A stretch of 64,000 nucleotides of DNA. Source: an uncultured Acidobacteriota bacterium. GTDB taxonomy: Bacteria; Acidobacteriota; Vicinamibacteria; Vicinamibacterales; 2-12-FULL-66-21. The notes under the pieces were generated by a model, which was not told the origin of the DNA, made no database searches, and saw only the letters and a list, made by a program, of their open reading frames with translations. Below are positions 1 to 10,534 of the stretch, piece after piece. Each line of letters begins with the position of its first letter. The first letter of the stretch is position 1. The position numbers and the translations under genes were made by a program. The stretch lies in contig CAWHNN010000022.1 of the NCBI GenBank assembly GCA_963830815.1, positions 25,753 through 89,752 of the forward strand, read 5' to 3'.

Positions 1-1019
1 CCGTTGTCCGCATAGAAGTTGTTGCGGAAGTAGTAGTGCCCGGTCACCTCGCCGCCGAAGATCGCCTGTTCCTCGCGCATCCGCCGCTTGATGAACGAAT
101 GGCCCACCTTGTTCATCAGCGCCTTGCCGCCGTACTTGCCGACGATGTCCTTGACGGCGTGGCTGGCGCGCACGTCGTAGACAATGGTCTCGCCAGGGTG
201 CTTCATCAGGAAGGACTCGGCGAGCAGGGCAGTGACGAAGTCGCCGGCGATGAACTCGCCGGTGCCGTCGATGAAGAAGCAGCGATCGGCGTCGCCATCC
301 CACGCGATGCCGATGTCGGCTTTCTCGGCGATCACGCGCTCGACGATGTCGCGGCGGTTCTCCTCGATGAGCGGGTTCGACTCGTGATTCGGAAAGCTGC
401 CGTCGACTTCGAAACAGAGGGTCGTCAGTTTCTTCGTCGGGATGCGCGCGAACAGGCGCGGCGCCACGAGCCCGGCCATGCCGCTGCCGGCATCGAGGAC
501 GACGTTGAAGGGCTTGATGGCGCTGGCATCGATGAACGACATGACGTGCTCGACATAGTCGTCGAGGACGTTCATCGTCGTCAGGGAGCCGGGCGTGGCG
601 GCCGGCGGCGGAAACGAGTTGCTTGCCACCATGTCCCTGATCTCGCCGATGCCGGCGTCGCCGCTGAGCGGAAACGCCTCGCGCCGCACCATCTTGATGC
701 CGTTGTATTCCTTCGGATTGTGCGAGGCGGTGATCTGGGCGCCGCCATCGAGGCCGTCGCGGACGACGGCGAAGTAGAGCATGTCGGTCGCCATCATGCC
801 GTAGTCGATGACGTCGGCGCCCTGCTCCCGCGCGCCTTCGATGAACGCCGCGGCAACGGTCGGCGACGACAGCCGCATGTCACGGCTGACGCCAATCCGT
901 TTGGCTCCGAGATATGCAACGTAGGCTCGGCCGATCGACCGCGCACCTGCTTCGTTGACTTCCGAGGGATAGAGGCCGCGGACGTCGTAGGCCTTGAAGA
1001 TGTTCGCGCTGATCGTCAT
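1..1019 (-). CDS. phosphomannomutase/phosphoglucomutase (alpha-D-phosphohexomutase family); C-terminus runs off the window edge
   Basis: Reverse-strand translation from the ATG at 1019..1017 reads MTISANIFKAYDVRGLYP...GAQITASHNPKEYNGIKM, which includes the catalytic TASHNP phosphoserine loop. It is missing from the ORF track because it is open at the window edge. ATGA overlap with the upstream stop codon (1019..1016). Confidence 0.85.
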   Translation of the reverse strand, partial: MTISANIFKAYDVRGLYPSEVNEAGARSIGRAYVAYLGAKRIGVSRDMRLSSPTVAAAFIEGAREQGADVIDYGMMATDMLYFAVVRDGLDGGAQITASHNPKEYNGIKMVRREAFPLSGDAGIGEIRDMVASNSFPPPAATPGSLTTMNVLDDYVEHVMSFIDASAIKPFNVVLDAGSGMAGLVAPRLFARIPTKKLTTLCFEVDGSFPNHESNPLIEENRRDIVERVIAEKADIGIAWDGDADRCFFIDGTGEFIAGDFVTALLAESFLMKHPGETIVYDVRASHAVKDIVGKYGGKALMNKVGHSFIKRRMREEQAIFGGEVTGHYYFRNNFYADN

Positions 1020-2071
1020 AGGGTGCTGTAGTCGGTGATCACGGTCTTATCGCCGAGGATCACGGGTGTTTCCAGCTGGGCGTTACGGCCGATGTGGCAG
1101 TTGCGGCCGAGGATGGAACCGCGCACCGTTGCCTCGCGCCCGATCCAGCCGTTCGGCCAGATGATCGAGCCATCGATCACGGACTGCTCGTCGATGTGAG
1201 TCTGGCGGCCGATGACAGAGTAGGGGAGCACTTTCGAGCCGGCCTTGATCACGACCCCCTCGTCGATGAAGCACGGGCCGTGGACTTCGACGCCGTCTTC
1301 CACTCGGGCTCCGGGGGCGACCCACGCCCTGTGCTCGGCGCCATCGAAGGGCGGCGCCGAATACCTGCCGTCCATGATGTCGCGGTGCACCTGGATGTAC
1401 TTGCCCGGCGTTCCGATGTCGATCCAGTAGCCGTCGTAGACGTAGGCGACAAAGGTCTCACCGCGCTCGATCAACGACGGGAAGAAGCTGCGCTCGATCG
1501 ACCACGCCGTGTCCTTGGGAATGCGATCGAACGTGTCGGGCTCGAGGATGTAGATGCCCGCGTTGATGGTATTGCAGGTGATCTCGTCCTCGCCCGGCTT
1601 CTCGAGAAAGCGGCTCACGTTGCCCTTGTCATCGGTCTCGACCAGGCCGTAGGCTCTCGGGTTCTCGACTGGTGTCAGGACGATGGTGGCCTTGGCCTTG
1701 CGCTCGCGGTGCAGCGCCAGGACCGCGCGCAGGTCGACATTCGTCAGCACGTCGCCGTTGAAGACGACGACCGACTCGGTCAGCTGATCGCCGGCATAAC
1801 GGATGGCGCCGCCGGTACCGAGCGGCACCGGCTCGACGACGTAGCGCAGCTTCATGCCGATGCCGTCGCCGTCGCCGAAAATCTCCTCGATGCGGCGAGG
1901 CTGGTAGTTCAGGCTCAGAATCGCCTCGTCGATCTCGGGGACCTGACGCAGCTGGTCGATCTGGTAATACAGGAACGGCCGGTTGAAGATTGGAACGATC
2001 GGTTTCGGCGTGTGGACGGTGAGCGGACGCAGTCGCGTCCCCTTGCCTCCGGCGAGCAAAATGGCTTTCAT
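1016..2071 (-). CDS. mannose-1-phosphate guanylyltransferase-type NDP-sugar pyrophosphorylase
   Basis: Intact 351-aa ORF. N-terminal MKAILLAGGKGTRLRPLT nucleotidyltransferase motif and a C-terminal hexapeptide/beta-helix-like region. Translationally coupled to the phosphohexomutase gene. Confidence 0.85.
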   Translation of the reverse strand: MKAILLAGGKGTRLRPLTVHTPKPIVPIFNRPFLYYQIDQLRQVPEIDEAILSLNYQPRRIEEIFGDGDGIGMKLRYVVEPVPLGTGGAIRYAGDQLTESVVVFNGDVLTNVDLRAVLALHRERKAKATIVLTPVENPRAYGLVETDDKGNVSRFLEKPGEDEITCNTINAGIYILEPDTFDRIPKDTAWSIERSFFPSLIERGETFVAYVYDGYWIDIGTPGKYIQVHRDIMDGRYSAPPFDGAEHRAWVAPGARVEDGVEVHGPCFIDEGVVIKAGSKVLPYSVIGRQTHIDEQSVIDGSIIWPNGWIGREATVRGSILGRNCHIGRNAQLETPVILGDKTVITDYSTL

Positions 2072-2132
2072 GACAATCAGCGATCTTACACTGAACTCAG
2101 GCTAGAATTCGTGTGGGCTCACGACCCCGCCA

Positions 2133-2711
2133 ATGAATCTGCCGAACGCCCTGTCCCTCGCGCGCATCTTCCTCGTACCGCTGCTCGTGCTGGTTCTGGT
2201 CACGAAATTCGAGGGACGCCTCATCTACGGCGTACGCATGGAGATCGTCGGCGCCGCCATCTTCGGCATCGCCTCTCTCACCGACTGGCTGGACGGCTAC
2301 CTCGCGCGCCGGCGCAAACAGGTCACAACGCTCGGCCAGCTGCTCGATCCGCTGGCCGACAAGCTGCTGATCACCGCGGCGTTGTTGTCGCTGGTACAAA
2401 TGGACATCGCGCCGGCGTGGATGGTGCTGGTGATTCTCGGCCGCGAGTTCGCCGTCACGGTGCTGCGCGGCGTCGCGTACTCGCGGGGCGTCGTCATTGC
2501 CGCCTCGCCGCTGGGGAAGCTCAAGATGGTGTCGCAGGTTGTCGCGATCCTGCTGCTCATCCTCGGCTACGACCACCTGCAGCGTTTCTTCATCCTCGGC
2601 CGCATCGCGCTGTGGGTCGCGGTGATCACGGCAGTGGCCTCAGGGCTCGATTATTACCGCCGGTTCAACCACGTCCTCGCCCAGCGCGGCCCGAGTTCAG
2701 GCGCTCACTGA
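2133..2711 (+). CDS. pgsA: CDP-diacylglycerol--glycerol-3-phosphate 3-phosphatidyltransferase
   Basis: Intact 192-aa polytopic membrane ORF with the CDP-alcohol phosphotransferase motif DWLDGYLARRRKQVTTLGQLLDPLADK. Confidence 0.85.
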   Translation: MNLPNALSLARIFLVPLLVLVLVTKFEGRLIYGVRMEIVGAAIFGIASLTDWLDGYLARRRKQVTTLGQLLDPLADKLLITAALLSLVQMDIAPAWMVLVILGREFAVTVLRGVAYSRGVVIAASPLGKLKMVSQVVAILLLILGYDHLQRFFILGRIALWVAVITAVASGLDYYRRFNHVLAQRGPSSGAH

Positions 2712-3592
2712 ACTTTCTTGGCCGCCTGGTTCGCGATTTCAGTCTTCAGGAGTTCCACTCGCTTCTGCGCCTCGGCCAGGTGCTCGCTGGTCTCGAACTC
2801 CTGGACGATGCGATCGAAGTAGGGCAGGGCCAGCGCCGGCTGGTTGGCCTTGGCGTAGCAGTCGCCCATGTAGAAATACACGGAGTCCCGGTGCGTGTAC
2901 TCGGGGTCCTTCTCGAGCAGCGCCTTGAAACGATCGACGGCGCCCGGGCACCAGCGCGAGCGGTAGTAGTGATAACCGACGTTGTATTCGTACTGGCTCA
3001 GGCGGTCGCGCGCCTCGCGCAGCCGCGTCTTGCCCTCTTCGATCTGCGGATCGTCGGGATAGCGCTCGACAAAGATCGTGAATTCCTTGATGGCTTCCCG
3101 CGTCTCGGTCTGATCGCGGTCGGCGCTGTGCATCTGCTTGAAATGCGCCATGCCGAGCTTGAACTGCGCGTAGCCGGCACGGTTGCTGTTCGGGTAAAAG
3201 GCGAGGAACTCCTTGAACTCGTTCAGCGCCAGGACGTAGGACTCGGCCGAGCCCTCTCCGATGTAGGTGTCGCCGATGCCGAGTTTGGCTTCCGCGCGGT
3301 TGGGCGACTGCGGATAGGTGTCGATGAGCTCGCGGAAGTATTCGCGAGAGACGAGCCAGCGCTTCTTGCCCAGCGCCTCGGTGCCGCGCTCGAACAAGAA
3401 CTTGTCGGGCTCGGGCGTCCCGGTCGGCGGTTTCATGACGCCACCGGCGCAACCTGAGGCCACGGCCGCTGCGACGAGCACCGCGAGGACGGCGTGAAGG
3501 CCGCGGCGTCGCGGTGATGAGTTCCGTTTGTGCGCTGAAGCGTTCGATTCGAAAAGCACGTTCATCTCAATTGTAGTCCACGTCTTTTTCAC
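2705..3592 (-). CDS. bamD: outer membrane protein assembly factor BamD-like TPR lipoprotein
   Basis: Intact ORF with signal peptide and lipobox (AAAVASGC), followed by a YfiO/BamD-like TPR body (KLGIGDTYIGEG, YAQFKLGMAHF, YEYNVGYHYYRSRWCPGAVDRF). The true start may be an internal Met. Confidence 0.75.
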   Translation of the reverse strand: MKKTWTTIEMNVLFESNASAHKRNSSPRRRGLHAVLAVLVAAAVASGCAGGVMKPPTGTPEPDKFLFERGTEALGKKRWLVSREYFRELIDTYPQSPNRAEAKLGIGDTYIGEGSAESYVLALNEFKEFLAFYPNSNRAGYAQFKLGMAHFKQMHSADRDQTETREAIKEFTIFVERYPDDPQIEEGKTRLREARDRLSQYEYNVGYHYYRSRWCPGAVDRFKALLEKDPEYTHRDSVYFYMGDCYAKANQPALALPYFDRIVQEFETSEHLAEAQKRVELLKTEIANQAAKKVQ

Positions 3593-3610
3593 GGCCGGTG
3601 CGGCCGTGAG

Positions 3611-4561
3611 CTACTGAACCAGCGCCGCCTGGCTGGCCAGCCACTGATATTCCCGCTCCAGGCCCTGTTCGAGGCCGACTGCCGGCGCGAAGCCGAGGTC
3701 CCGCTGCGCCCGCGATGTGTCGGCGAAGGTGTCGCGCATGTCGCCCTTCTGTTCGGGCTCCCGCCGGATGTTCAGCGGCCGGCCGTGGATGCGGGCGATG
3801 ATGTCGAAGAGCTGATTGACCGAGACGCGCGAGCCGCCGCCGATGTTGTAGACCTGCCCCTCGCCGCCGCGCTCGCCGGCAGCGATCGTCGCCGCCACGG
3901 CGTCGGTCACGAACGTGAAGTCGCGAGTCTGCTCGCCGTCACCGAAAAGCGTGATGCTCTCGTTGCGGAGCGCCGCACGAATGAAGCGATGGAACGCCAT
4001 GTCGGGACGCTGCCGCGGCCCGTAGACGGTGAAGTAGCGCACCGACGTGGCCGGCACCCCGTGATTCGCATGATAGAGATAGCAAAGCTGCTCGGCGGCC
4101 AGCTTCGTCACGCCATACGGCGACACGGGCTGAGGCAGGGCGTCTTCCGTCATCGGCAAGGTGACGTTGTCGCCATAGACCGACGAGCTCGACGCGTAGA
4201 CGAACTTGCTCAGCCCGCGCCCGACGCATGCCTCGAGCAAACGCTGCGTCGCGTCGACGTTGTTGTCGGTATAGATGCGAAAATCGCTGCCCCAGCTCTT
4301 ACGGACGCCGGCCTGGGCCGCGAGGTGAAACACATGGGTCCGGCCGTCGAGCAGCGCCGGAAGATCTGCCGACTGGAGAGCGGCTTCGACGAAGCGAAAT
4401 CCCTCCCGGCCGGAGTTCACGTCGAGATTGGCCTGCTTGATCGCCCGCGGATAGTAGTCGGTAAAACAGTCGATGCCGACGACGTCTGCGCCGCGATCCA
4501 GAAGCGCTGCCGTCAGGTGCGATCCGATAAAGCCGGCGGCTCCGGTGACCAATGCTTTCAC
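3611..4561 (-). CDS. NAD-dependent epimerase/dehydratase (UDP-sugar epimerase/decarboxylase family)
   Basis: Rossmann motif VTGAAGFIGSHL and a YxxxK-type SDR body. I prefer the GTG start at 4561 because it forms a GTGA overlap with the upstream stop. The ORF track offers an upstream ATG at 4597. Confidence 0.8.
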   Translation of the reverse strand: MKALVTGAAGFIGSHLTAALLDRGADVVGIDCFTDYYPRAIKQANLDVNSGREGFRFVEAALQSADLPALLDGRTHVFHLAAQAGVRKSWGSDFRIYTDNNVDATQRLLEACVGRGLSKFVYASSSSVYGDNVTLPMTEDALPQPVSPYGVTKLAAEQLCYLYHANHGVPATSVRYFTVYGPRQRPDMAFHRFIRAALRNESITLFGDGEQTRDFTFVTDAVAATIAAGERGGEGQVYNIGGGSRVSVNQLFDIIARIHGRPLNIRREPEQKGDMRDTFADTSRAQRDLGFAPAVGLEQGLEREYQWLASQAALVQ

Positions 4562-4962
4562 GCGAAGGCCTCCCGAACGCGCTCCGGCATCCGGCACGGA
4601 CGTCCGCTTTGATCGACCGACGCATGCGTTGTCCGGCCCGTTGCCGCGACCGTCGCGTCGGTGGTCAGACGAACCTCGTAGTTGAATTCCATTCTCACCG
4701 GCGAAAGCATCCGGCCCGTCGTCCGGATCTCGATCTCGTCGTCATACCGCGCCGGGCGCGCATACTCGCAGTGCGCCTCGATGACCGGCAGCGACACGCC
4801 TGACAGTTCCATTTCCCTGTAGCTCCAGCCGAGCGTCCGCAAGAGGTCCGTACGAGCGACCTCGAACCAGACGAAGTAGTTGGCGTAGTAGACCACGCCC
4901 ATCTTGTCGGTCTCTGCGTAGCGGACCCGCACGCTGGAAGTCGAGGTCGGAAGACTCTTCAC
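4558..4962 (-). CDS. acyl-CoA thioesterase, YbgC/4HBT hotdog family
   Basis: Intact 134-aa ORF with [27 protein letters not shown], typical of 4HBT-type thioesterases. Confidence 0.75.
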   Translation of the reverse strand: MKSLPTSTSSVRVRYAETDKMGVVYYANYFVWFEVARTDLLRTLGWSYREMELSGVSLPVIEAHCEYARPARYDDEIEIRTTGRMLSPVRMEFNYEVRLTTDATVAATGRTTHASVDQSGRPCRMPERVREAFA

Positions 4963-5626
4963 GCCCGGCCCCCGGCGGCGGCGCGCAGGTCGCGGAGCGC
5001 GCGCGCAGGATCGGCCTGACCGAAGATAGACGTGCCAGCGACGAGGATCTCCACCCCTGCTGCGACCACGGCGGCGGCGTTCGACTGCTCGATGCCGCCG
5101 TCAATGGCCACCACGGCGCGCGATGCCTGCTTGTCCAATAACTCACGCACCGCTCGGACTTTAGACTCGCTGCGCGGGATAAAGGTCTGGCCGCCGAACC
5201 CCGGATTGACCGACATGACCAGCACGTAGTCGAGATCGGCGGCGATGTCCTCGAGCGCGCGCGACGGGCGTCGCCGGATTGATCGCGACGCCTGCCTTGG
5301 CGCCCAGCTTCTGGATGAGGTGCACGCGTGCGGTGCAAATGGGGCAGGACCTCGAGGTGTACGGCGATGCTGTTGGCACCAGCCTCGACGAACGCCTCGA
5401 GATAGCGATCCGGCGCCTCGATCATCAGGTGCACGTCGAGCGGCAGACTGGTGACCTTGCGGACGGCCTTGACGACCAGCGGGCCAAAGGTGATGTTGGG
5501 CACGAAGTGCCCGTCCATGACGTCGAGGTGCAGCAAATCCGCGCCGCCGCGCTCGACCTTGCCGATGTCCTCGGCGAGATGGGCGAAGTCGGCTGATATC
5601 AGCGAAGGCGCGATCCGCACGCTCAA
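4959..5626 (-). CDS. rpe: ribulose-phosphate 3-epimerase; reading frame interrupted twice as assembled
   Basis: The protein is spread over three frames. The N-terminus is [17 protein letters not shown]...HLMIE (TTG start at 5626). The middle is [20 protein letters not shown] (ORF 5161..5379). The C-terminus is [19 protein letters not shown]...AIDGGI (frame ending at 4959). Confidence 0.85.
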
Positions 5627-6345
5627 CGGCTGACCTCAATCGAGATCGGTTCGCCGGGTGCGATCTGAAAGCCCGCCTGCGGGCTCTGCCGAAGGACGAC
5701 TCCTCCAGGAACTCCGGGATAGGGGTGATCGCCGACCACAGACACGCGGAATCCGCGGGCACGAAGGAGGTCGGAGGCACGGTCGCCGTTGACGCCGATG
5801 AGGTCCGGCATGACGTAGGTCGCGCCGCGCTCGCCGCGATTTACGAGCAGCGAAATCGTGTCCGACTTGCTCTTGGCTGGCGGATCCTGAGCGACCACGG
5901 TCCCCGTCGTGTAGTCGAGCGAGCGAATTTCGGCTGTCGTTCCCGTGGCGAATCCCTCTTGTGTCACTCGCAATTGCGCTGTCCGCTCCGATTCGCCGAC
6001 GAGCCCCGGAACGATGGTCGAGCGCGGTCCGGCGCTGATCCACACCCTGACGCTCCGCTGACGCCTCGTGCGCAAACCCGCTTGCGGATCCTGCACGAGG
6101 ACCTGTCCCGCCGCCACCTTCGGATCGACTTTGCGCCCGTCTTCGACCTTGAGCGTCAAGCCCGACTCCGCGAGGGCCGCTGACGCATCATTGACCGTCT
6201 TGCCGGCGAGGTCGGGCACGACCACTTCGCGAGTCTTCAGCGCCATTCGCATGGAGGCGGCGGCAAACACGACATAGGTCAGCAGCAGCGCGCCGCACAG
6301 GAAGAGCACCTTGCCGGCTCCCCACACGCGCGTCCTCAGTGGCAT
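5623..6345 (-). CDS. membrane-anchored protein with three PASTA domains and no kinase or PBP domain
   Basis: Intact 240-aa ORF. N-terminal TM helix ([18 protein letters not shown]), then three repeats of about 65 aa of the form VPDLxGktxxxAxxxLxxxGLxxxV..., the PASTA pattern. Confidence 0.75.
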   Translation of the reverse strand: MPLRTRVWGAGKVLFLCGALLLTYVVFAAASMRMALKTREVVVPDLAGKTVNDASAALAESGLTLKVEDGRKVDPKVAAGQVLVQDPQAGLRTRRQRSVRVWISAGPRSTIVPGLVGESERTAQLRVTQEGFATGTTAEIRSLDYTTGTVVAQDPPAKSKSDTISLLVNRGERGATYVMPDLIGVNGDRASDLLRARGFRVSVVGDHPYPGVPGGVVLRQSPQAGFQIAPGEPISIEVSR

Positions 6346-6374
6346 GCAACCTCAAATTGTACCGCAAGTTGCCG

Positions 6375-7725
6375 TTAATCGGCCTTACGGAGAATGGCGC
6401 CGAAGAAGGCCTCGAGGCCGTCCCGGAAAGGGAATGTGCGCAGGTGCCCGGCGGTATTGACGAGAGGCTGCATCTGGGGCGGCAGGTCCACCGGCGCAAC
6501 CGGCCTGAAGGCCCCGCCCGACACGAACTTCGCCACCACGTCCTCGTTTTCTTCTGGTTCGCTCGAGCACGTCGAGTAAACAAGCGTCCCGCCGGGGCGC
6601 AGCACCGTAGCGGTCTCGGCAAGCAACTGCTGCTGGGCCGCGGCCAGCCGGGGGAGATCGCTCTCCGATCGCCGCCACTTGACGTCGGGATCCCGCCGCA
6701 GGGTCCCCAGGCCGGAACAGGGAACGTCGAGGAGGATCCAGTCGAACGCGGGGGTCAAAGGCAGCGCCGAGGCATCAGCCTGAACGATGCGGATCGACTT
6801 TGCGCCGGACTGCCGGACCGTGCGCGCGAGTAGATCGACGCGACGGCCGCGGACGTCGGTCGCGACGATGAGTCCGCTGTCGTTCATGGCGGCGGCAATG
6901 GCCGTGGTCTTGCCTCCCGGCGACGCGCATGCGTCGAGCACTCGCTGCCCGCTCCTGGCGCCGACCAGGCAGGCGACGAGTTGCGACGCTTCGTCCTGCA
7001 CCAGAAAGTCCCCGCTGTCAGCGATCGGCGTCAGAAGCGGGTTGCCGCTCCAGACGACGAGCGCGTCAGGCGCAAAGCGGCCGCGCGCGACGCTCACGCC
7101 GTGTCCGGCCAGCAATGCGGTAAGGCTGTCCACGTCGCCGCGCAGACGATTGGCTCGCAGCGTGAGGGCTGCCGGCTTGTTGTTGAACTGAAGCCACGCC
7201 TCCGTCGCTTCGAAGCCATATCTGTCGAGCCATCGCGCCGCCAGCCATCTGGGATGCGACAAGGCGACAGACAAGTAATCGAGCTGCGCGTCCCGGCCGG
7301 CCGCGGGATCGGGCCGAGGTGGCAGGGGCAGTTGCTCGCGCTCACGCGCGACTCGCCGCAGCAGGGCGTTGACGAAAGGGGCCGCGCTCTTCTTGCCGGC
7401 CTTCTTCGTCAGGGTGACGGCGTCGTTCACGACGGCCGAAGCCGGTACACGATCCAGATGGAGCAGCTGAAAGATCCCGCTGCGGAGGATGTCCCGAACT
7501 TCCGAATCGAGTTTCGCGACCGGGCGCCTGCCGAACGCCGCGATCACATGATCGAAGGCACCCTGCCAGCGAATCGTTCCGGTCGACGATCTCGCCGGTC
7601 AGGGCGCGATCGCGGTCGTCTGACAGGCGCGACCGCACGCGGGCGAGCGCGTGGGGCAGATCGGCAGTATCGGACGTGATCGCCTGCAGCGCCTCGAAAG
7701 CGGCGGCGCGGGCCGGCGCGATCAT
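6375..7725 (-). CDS. rsmB: 16S rRNA (cytosine967-C5)-methyltransferase RsmB/Sun; one frame interruption near 7550-7590
   Basis: The NusB-like N-terminus (MIAPARAAAFEALQAI...) is in one frame. The body is in another and carries the DACASPGGKT SAM motif and LDVPCSGLGTLRRDPD. ATGA overlap with the fmt stop at 7725..7722. Confidence 0.85.
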
Positions 7726-8706
7726 CCGCGTTCGATCCTGATGCCTGGCGGGACGTGCCTGCCAGCGAGAAACTCGCGCGCGGACATCGCGCGGCGCCCC
7801 TCCGGCTGAATCACCTTGATCCTGAGCACGTGTCCGTCGCCGGCGACGACTTCGAATCGATCGGGCTCCGCTCGCACGATCGTTCCCGGGCGGTCGGGGC
7901 TGACAGCCGGCGTCAGCTCGGTGCGGTGCAGCAGCACCCGCGTTCCCGCAATGCGGCCGGAGACGAGCGGCCACGGCTGCAGGCCGCGAACGAGGTTGTG
8001 GATGCGCTCGGCCGGAAGGCCCCAGTCGACTGCACCCTCCGCCTTGGTGATTTTCGCCGCGTAGGTGACGAGCGATTCGTCCTGCGGCGTCTCCTTTGCC
8101 TTTCCCGCCGCCATCTCGTCGAGGACTTCGACCAGAACGTCGGCGCCCATCTCGGCGAGATCGCGCTCGACCTCAACGCTCGTATCGTCCGGCCCGATCA
8201 CGCGCTTGACCGCCTTGAACGCGGCCCCGGCGTCGAGCTCCTTGACGACCCGCATGATGGTGACGCCAGTGATGTCGTCGCCGGCGATGACCGCACGGTG
8301 GACCGGAGCCGCACCACGCCAGCGCGGCAACAGCGACGCGTGGACGTTGATCATGCCCAGTCGCGGAATCTGCAGCAGCGATTCTGGCAGCAGCTTGCCG
8401 TAGGCAGCCACGACGCCGACGTCGGGCGCCAAGGACGTCATCCGCTCGCATGAAGGCCTCTTCCCGCAGGCGCTCCGGCTGCAACACCTCGATCGAATGC
8501 GCAAGGGCGAGAGCCTTTGTCGGCGTCGCGGCAAGGTGGTGGCCGCGCCCTTTGGGCCGGTCCGGCTGCGACACGACAGCGACGACGCGATGGGGAAGCG
8601 GCCTGGCAGGGTCGAGCTCGATGAGGCGGCGCAGAGTCGGCACCGCGAAGTCAGGCGTGCCGAAGTACACGATCCGCAACGGCTGGGTGGTCACGTCGTT
8701 CACCAT
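7722..8706 (-). CDS. fmt: methionyl-tRNA formyltransferase; one frame interruption near 8440-8460
   Basis: N-terminus LRIVYFGTPDFAVPTLRRL...SQPDRPKGRG and body INVHASLLPRWRGAAPVHRAVIAGD lie in two frames. Confidence 0.9.
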
Positions 8707-9210
8707 CGGCCGGAGCGCTTCATCTTCTGGATCTTCCGCACGATGAGATCGCGCTTGATGCCGCGCAGGCGATCGATGAAAACGACGCCATCGAGATGAT
8801 CCATCTCGTGCTGGAAGGCCCGCGCGAGAAGGCCCGTGCCTTCGGCGGTGCAATCGGCGCCGTCGCGATCGAGTCCCTTGAGCACCGCGCGCGCCGGGCG
8901 AACGACCGTCGCGTTGAAGCCGGGCACGCTCAAGCACCCTTCTTCCTCGAGCTGCATGCCTTCGCGCGTCGACAAACGTCGGGTTCACCATCGTGATGAG
9001 CGCGGTCCGATCGCGGCCGACGCTGGTGTCGACGACGAAGACGCGCAGCGGCACGCCGATCTGCGTCGCAGCGAGGCCGATGCCCGGCGCCGCGTACATC
9101 GTTTCGATCATGTCGTCGATCAGGCGGTGCAGATCGTCGTCGAAGACCGTGACGTCGGCGGCGGGTTGGTGGAGCGGCCGTTCTCCATAACGGAGGATTG
9201 GCCGAATCAT
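8700..9210 (-). CDS. def: peptide deformylase; one frame interruption near 8970
   Basis: GIGLAATQIGV (motif 1) is in the frame starting at 9210. EGCLSVPG and QHEMDHLDG (motifs 2 and 3) are in ORF 8700..8975. Confidence 0.9.
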
Positions 9211-9237
9211 CGAGCCTGGAATTGGGCGCGAACAGCC

Positions 9238-10422
9238 TCAGACGACTGCCGCGACCGCGCGCTCGATGTCGGCCACGGCGTCGCCGCCGAAGCGATCGAC
9301 GAGCGCATCGGCGAGGATGAGCGCGACCATCGCTTCCCCGACGACCGCAGCTGCCGTGACCGCGCAGACGTCGCTCCGCTCAATCGCCGCCGGCGACTCC
9401 GTCATCGTCGTCAGATCGACAGAGCGTAGAGGCTTCATGAGGGTCGAGATCGGCTTCATCCAGGCGGACACTCGAAGATCTTCGCCGTTGGTGACGCCGC
9501 CCTCGAGGCCGCCGGCGTTGTTCGTCGGCCGCGCAACGCTCATCGGCATGAGCTCCGGACGCGTCCGGTACGATTTCGTCGTGGACGCGCGAACCAGGGC
9601 GGACGGCAACTTCTGGCCCGAGTCCAATGCCGACAGCCTTGATTGCGGGAATAGACATCAGCGCCTGCGCGAGTCTGCCGTCGAGCTTCCGGTCCCACTG
9701 CACGTAGCTCCCGAGGCCGACGGGAAGCCCGTGAACGATCACTTCGAAAGCGCCCCCCATCGTGTCGCCAGCTTCTTTCGCGCGATCGATGGCGGCGATC
9801 ATTGCTGTTCGATTTCCGGATCGACGCAGCGCAGCGGGCTGTCGTCTGGCAGCGCCGCGGCTCGCTCGAACGGAACGACCGTCCCCGCCGGGAGCGCGGA
9901 TTCCCCGAGAACGAAGACATGGCTGGTGACGCTGGCACCGACGCGGGCCAGCAACTGCTTGGCGATCGCGCCAGCGGCGACGCGGGCGGCCGTCTCGCGG
10001 GCGCTCGCGCGCTCCAGGATGTCGCGCACATCAGCGCGGCCGTACTTGGCGATCCCGGCGAGGTCGGCGTGGCCAGGCCGCGGCCTGGTGACGGGTGCCC
10101 GTCGCGCGCCGCCGCCTTCCATCGCCGGTTCGCCCTCGACATCGGCGCCGACACGCATCGTGTACTGCCAGTTCGGCCAGTCGCGATTCTCGATCATCAT
10201 CGCGATCGGCCCGCCGATGGTTTCGCCCGTCCGCACGCCCGAGAGGATGTCCGCGCGATCCGACTCGATGGCCATGCGCCGGCCCCGGCCATAGCCGCCC
10301 TGCCGCCGGCGGAGGTCGCGTGTGATGGCATCGAGATCGAGCGCGAGCCCGGCAGGAATGCCTTCGAGAATCACGACGAGCGCGCGCCCGTGTGACTCGC
10401 CAGCTGTGAGAAATCGCACCAT
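9238..10422 (-). CDS. aroC: chorismate synthase; two frame interruptions (about 9800 and about 9600)
   Basis: [12 protein letters not shown]...RPGHADL, then [21 protein letters not shown]...PAIKAVGIG, then [16 protein letters not shown]...ERSDVCAV, in three frames. The junction at 9802..9799 reads CAA TGA / ATG ATC. Confidence 0.9.
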
Positions 10423-10534
10423 TCGTCGGTCGATTGTATCTTAAGTTTCTGCGCCGTCTCGGGCGCGACTCCGTCGATCTTCGAGCAAAACTGCGGGCGT
10501 TCTGTGCGGTGACGCTCTTGCACTTCGATCGGCA

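Noticed and set aside
2072-2132. Sigma-70 promoter TTACAC ... TAGAAT between manC and pgsA.
   Set aside because: The spacer is only 11 nt, and no acceptable -35 lies at 16-18 nt.
1094-3457. Very long ORFs on the strand opposite recognisable genes: 1094..3457 + (787 aa), 36..1031 +, 10031..11212 -, 11854..13839 - (661 aa), 25018..26031 -, 38998..39591 +, 39538..40626 -, 41193..41942 -.
   Set aside because: These are shadow ORFs typical of GC-rich DNA. They have Arg/Ala/Gly/Pro-dominated composition and no recognisable motifs, and each fully overlaps a gene with clear family signatures on the other strand or frame.
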